Assembly: GCA_937874185.1 (NCBI GenBank)
Contig: CALNAK010000035.1
Span: 52,019-116,018, forward strand
DNA: 64,000 bases
Source: an uncultured Lactobacillus sp.
Lineage (GTDB): Bacteria > Bacillota > Bacilli > Lactobacillales > Lactobacillaceae
Direction: 5' to 3'
This document shows, piece by piece, positions 60,753 to 64,000 of this stretch (its first letter is position 1; every line of letters begins with the position of its first letter). Under the pieces are notes generated by a model, which was not told where the DNA came from, made no database searches, and worked only from the letters and a program-made list of their open reading frames with translations. The position numbers and the translations under genes are program-made.

Positions 60753-60901
60753 ATCACGTTAAAGTAGTTTGCATTACTTCTGTAATTAAGTTTTATTTAT
60801 AAACAATGTGGATAAGTTATCTGGTATATAAAGAAATTATTTAAACTGCTTCGTGTGAAAACGTTTTATTTATTCTACGGTAGAACATCCCTACCAAACT
60901 C

Positions 60902-60973
60902 AAAAAGTCATATATATTTGACATAAGTCTTAAATGGTTATATCATTTAGATGTCAAATATATATGACTTTTT
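60902..60973. promoter_or_regulatory. Perfect 22-23 bp inverted repeat bracketing the promoter of the XRE regulator gene
   Basis: AAAAGTCATATATATTTGACAT (60903-60924) and its exact reverse complement (60951-60972). TTGACA (60918-23), 17 nt, TATCAT (60941-46) lie inside or between the arms. Confidence 0.7.
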
Positions 60974-60998
60974 TAAAAACAGAAATGAAGGACGGATA

Positions 60999-61208
60999 AT
61001 GAATCAAGTTCGTAAATATCGTCGGGAACAAAAATTATCACAGATTGCATTAGCTGAAAAAATTGGTGTTGCTCGTCAGACGATTAATCTAATTGAGAAT
61101 GATAAATATAATCCTTCATTAGATTTATGTCTGAAATTGGCTTGGGCATTGAAGACTGATTTGAATACACTTTTTTGGAGGGATAAAGATGAAGGTAAAA
61201 TGGAGTGA
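60999..61208 (+). CDS. XRE-family helix-turn-helix transcriptional regulator
   Basis: MNQVRKYRREQKLSQIALAEKIGVARQTINLIENDKYNPSLDLCLKLA... GAAGGA lies 6 nt before ATG 60999. The longer ORF start at 60951 sits inside the operator arm. Confidence 0.85.
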   Translation: MNQVRKYRREQKLSQIALAEKIGVARQTINLIENDKYNPSLDLCLKLAWALKTDLNTLFWRDKDEGKME

Positions 61209-61734
61209 TCGAATCATTAAATGGTTCTTTGGGATACCAGGGATAGTTGATGAACGGATTAAGGTAGAGATAGGTCGTGCATCTATTAAAGCTTTAATCG
61301 GTATATTTATTTTTGAATTGGTTTTTAACGATATTATAATTACGATTGCTATGAGCGGTCGTATCACTGACTTCGAATCTTTTTTCTATATTACAACTCT
61401 TATTCAAATATTAGCGATTCTTTCGATAATTGCTATGTTTACGATAATAGTGTTAAGACATCGTGGAGTAATTAGTGAAGAAGTATCCTCTGAAGGTAAA
61501 AATCAGGCAATCAATAGAATTAGGAACAAATGGTTGCGACTGGCTCCAATCGGTTTTATAATATTTTGGCTGCTGAATACTAGCCTTAATATTGAAAACC
61601 AAAACTTTTTTAAAGTTATGTTTAGTTTGAAGGAGATAGTTGGTGCATTGATTTTCAGTATTATATTTTTCCCCATGATGTATTTCTATGAAAAAGGGAA
61701 TATTCACGTAATTAAAGATGATAATAATGATTAA
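61189..61734 (+). CDS. Membrane protein partnered with the XRE regulator (DUF3169-like, 4 TM)
   Basis: 181 aa. It overlaps the XRE stop by 20 nt, with GGAGGG 6 nt upstream. This is the typical small-HTH plus multi-TM pair of Firmicutes. Confidence 0.6.
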   Translation: MKVKWSDRIIKWFFGIPGIVDERIKVEIGRASIKALIGIFIFELVFNDIIITIAMSGRITDFESFFYITTLIQILAILSIIAMFTIIVLRHRGVISEEVSSEGKNQAINRIRNKWLRLAPIGFIIFWLLNTSLNIENQNFFKVMFSLKEIVGALIFSIIFFPMMYFYEKGNIHVIKDDNND

Positions 61735-61872
61735 CAGAGCAAGACAGAACACGTTCGTTATCTGAGCATAAATGTAAATATACGGTAACTCGATTTTGGG
61801 TTACCGTATATTTTGGATTAAGCGAAGTGAAGTTGTGTTTTGTCCCGGCATCTACGCGGTAAGTTTAAGTAA
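61733..61872 (-). repeat. Family-A long imperfect palindrome, copy A3 (same orientation as A2)
   Basis: ..ACACGTTCGTTATCTGAGCATAAATGTAAATATACGGTAACTC-gatttt-GGGTTACCGTATATTTTGGATTAAGCGAAGTGAAGTTGTGTTTTGTCCCG.. plus an outer arm GCGGTAAGTTTAAGTAAC. Confidence 0.8.
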
Positions 61873-62039
61873 CAGTCATATCAATTTCTTTATTATTTTA
61901 TTAATAATGTAGTGTGAAAAAGACATCAGTAAAGCTTTTTATTTCAGTAACTTCTACACGAAAATTCAGATAACATATTATGCGGAAAGAACATGTCGGC
62001 TGTGATAAAATTAAGAGGTATATCTAAGAGGGGACTAAT

Positions 62040-64000
62040 ATGAAAAAGCTAAAGTCTAATCTGAAATTCTTCCTTTCGAGAGTTGATCATTCAACTCAAC
62101 TTACGGCAGTTTCTCTGATTGTTATGTTATTGTCGATATTAGTTGTTGGTTTGGTTCACGGTTCTGTAGCCGGTTATATTCAGGCCATACTTATTATAAT
62201 TTCGTTAATTTTGTTCGTATACCTGTTCTTGCTTTTGGGTGAAAAGGCAGGTAAGTATACTAACAACCTACAATATCGAATTGATCGTGGAACAGATAAC
62301 AGTTTTGTAGAGTATCCACTAGGAATACTTTTATACGATACTGAGAAACAGATTCAATGGGTTAACCCTTATTTTGTTGAGAAAACGGGGTTCAATCCAT
62401 CTAACAGCATGAATGTCAGTGATATATCGTCAGATCTTGTCGAATTGATCGATGATGAGAAACATGCTGATAGTTCAACAATTCAAATTGATGATAAATA
62501 CTTCTTAGTACAAGTCCAAAATGAATTGCAAGTTATCTATTTATTTGATATCACGCACTATTCTAAAATTGAGAATAGGTATGAGGGGAATCGTTCAGTA
62601 ATTGGCCAAGTTTATTTGGATAATTACGCTGAAATAACTCAATCAATGAGTGATCGAGACATTTCTAATTTGGATAACTATATAACTAACGAGTTAGCCA
62701 ACTGGGCTTCTAAAGAGCAGATGTTCTTGAAACGAATTGATGATGACCATTTCTTCATCATGGCTTACACAGGCCGTATTTTTAACATGGAAAAGAATGG
62801 TTTCAATATCCTTGATACGATTCGTGAATATACATCCCAACAAAATGTTCCTTTAACATTGAGCATGGGCTTCTCTTATGGGGTCGACGACTTGCATAAG
62901 TTAAATGATGAAGCACAAAAAGATCTCAACTTAGCTTTAGGGCGTGGTGGAGATCAAGTTGTTGTTAAGGAAATTGATGAAAAAGCTCGTTTCTATGGTG
63001 GTAATACTGATCCGATGGAGAAGAGAACTCGTGTCCGTGCTCGGATGATCAGTGAGGCCTTACAAGAGTTATTCAAAGATAGTGATCAAGTTATTGTTAT
63101 GGGACACTCGCACCCTGATATGGATGTTTTGGGGTCTTCATTAGGTATCAGACGGATTGCTATTATGAATAACACTCCATGTAAGATCGTTATCAATCCT
63201 AATACTCTGCATTCTGACGTTAGTCGTTTGTTGGGTATGATCGATAAGGACCCTGAGATTAAGAAAGATATCTTAACACCAGAAGAATCAATTGCTATTA
63301 AGACACCTAAGACTTTGATTGTTATGGTCGACCACTCAAAGGAAAGTATTTCAATTAACCCTGATTTATTTAAGGGTGAAAATGAAAAAATCGTTGTTAT
63401 CGATCACCATAGACGTGGTGAGGAATTCCCAGAGAATCCTATGTTGACCTATATTGAACCATACGCATCATCAGCCAGTGAATTGATTACTGAAATGCTT
63501 GAATATCAACCTAAGAACAAGAAGGCAATTGAGAAACTTGAGGCAACTGCTTTACTTGCTGGTATTACAGTTGATACCAAATCATTCTCACTCAGAACTG
63601 GTACAAGAACTTTTGATGCAGCTAGTTACTTACGTTCTGTTGGTGCTGATGAAAAGATTATTCAAAATGTCTTGAAAGAGAATATTGATTCATTTATCCA
63701 AAAGAACCATTTGATTGAAACTGTTACAATGGTCAACAACAATATGGGTGTTTGTTTTGGTGAGGAAGACAAATCATATGATCCAGTTATTGTTGCCCAA
63801 GCAGCTGATACATTGTTATCATTAGATAATGTTGAAGCATCTTTTGTAATAAGTAAGCGTCCAGATGGTCGTGTTGGTATTTCAGCCCGTAGTTTAGGGA
63901 ATGTGAATGTCCAGGTCATTATGGAGAAGCTCGGTGGTGGTGGTCACTTGTCTGATGCCGCTACACAAATTTCAGATTCAACAGTAGAAGACGCCAAGGC
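62040..64000 (+). CDS. gdpP: Cyclic-di-AMP phosphodiesterase GdpP (DHH/DHHA1), 3' end beyond the window; absent from the ORF track
   Basis: ATG 62040 follows AAGAGGGG, and the frame is open to the window end. There are two N-terminal TM helices, then ..YPLGILLYDTEKQIQWVNPYF.., GRGGDQVVV, the DHH motif VIDHHRRGE, and GGGGH near the end. Confidence 0.85.
   Translation, partial: MKKLKSNLKFFLSRVDHSTQLTAVSLIVMLLSILVVGLVHGSVAGYIQAILIIISLILFVYLFLLLGEKAGKYTNNLQYRIDRGTDNSFVEYPLGILLYDTEKQIQWVNPYFVEKTGFNPSNSMNVSDISSDLVELIDDEKHADSSTIQIDDKYFLVQVQNELQVIYLFDITHYSKIENRYEGNRSVIGQVYLDNYAEITQSMSDRDISNLDNYITNELANWASKEQMFLKRIDDDHFFIMAYTGRIFNMEKNGFNILDTIREYTSQQNVPLTLSMGFSYGVDDLHKLNDEAQKDLNLALGRGGDQVVVKEIDEKARFYGGNTDPMEKRTRVRARMISEALQELFKDSDQVIVMGHSHPDMDVLGSSLGIRRIAIMNNTPCKIVINPNTLHSDVSRLLGMIDKDPEIKKDILTPEESIAIKTPKTLIVMVDHSKESISINPDLFKGENEKIVVIDHHRRGEEFPENPMLTYIEPYASSASELITEMLEYQPKNKKAIEKLEATALLAGITVDTKSFSLRTGTRTFDAASYLRSVGADEKIIQNVLKENIDSFIQKNHLIETVTMVNNNMGVCFGEEDKSYDPVIVAQAADTLLSLDNVEASFVISKRPDGRVGISARSLGNVNVQVIMEKLGGGGHLSDAATQISDSTVEDAK

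Overview
This is an AT-rich Firmicutes chromosome segment. Gene content and order place it across the replication origin of a Lactobacillaceae-like genome: mnmG-mnmE-yidC-rnpA-rpmH, DnaA boxes, dnaA-dnaN-yaaA-recF-gyrB-gyrA, rpsF-ssb-rpsR, gdpP. The left third carries respiration-accessory genes (cydD/cydC, a polyprenyl synthase, menA, a type II NADH dehydrogenase). These are mixed with ackA, a coiled-coil/GT-B-like protein plus a GT2, TetR plus a cation/H+ antiporter, a DUF1003 gene, amt, kup and pncA. From 19.2 to 26.7 kb lies a complete type II-A CRISPR-Cas locus: cas9, an antisense tracrRNA, cas1, cas2, csn2, and 22 repeats with 21 spacers. It has only 20 nt between the csn2 stop and the first repeat, and an untracked 51-codon membrane ORF whose SD is built from the decayed terminal repeat. 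Downstream come nagB, an APC permease, a LacI-controlled oxidoreductase/GRP-transporter/TIM-barrel cassette, a ClC-like channel, a diverged lepA paralogue, a UvrA paralogue plus oxidoreductase, and an orphan lipoprotein SBP. I saw no transposase, integrase, rRNA or tRNA gene. The least explained signal is non-coding. First, two multi-copy families (A x3, B x3) and a related single element (C) of roughly 130-170 nt imperfect palindromes sit just after stop codons, and their arms differ between copies by paired (compensatory) substitutions. Second, a promoter, a GC-rich ~100 nt segment and an intrinsic terminator downstream of the lepA paralogue look like a small RNA gene. One protein-level oddity is an alpha/beta-hydrolase fold protein with Gly at the nucleophile Ser position. 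All calls come from reading the sequence and the ORF translations; no database search or folding program was available.
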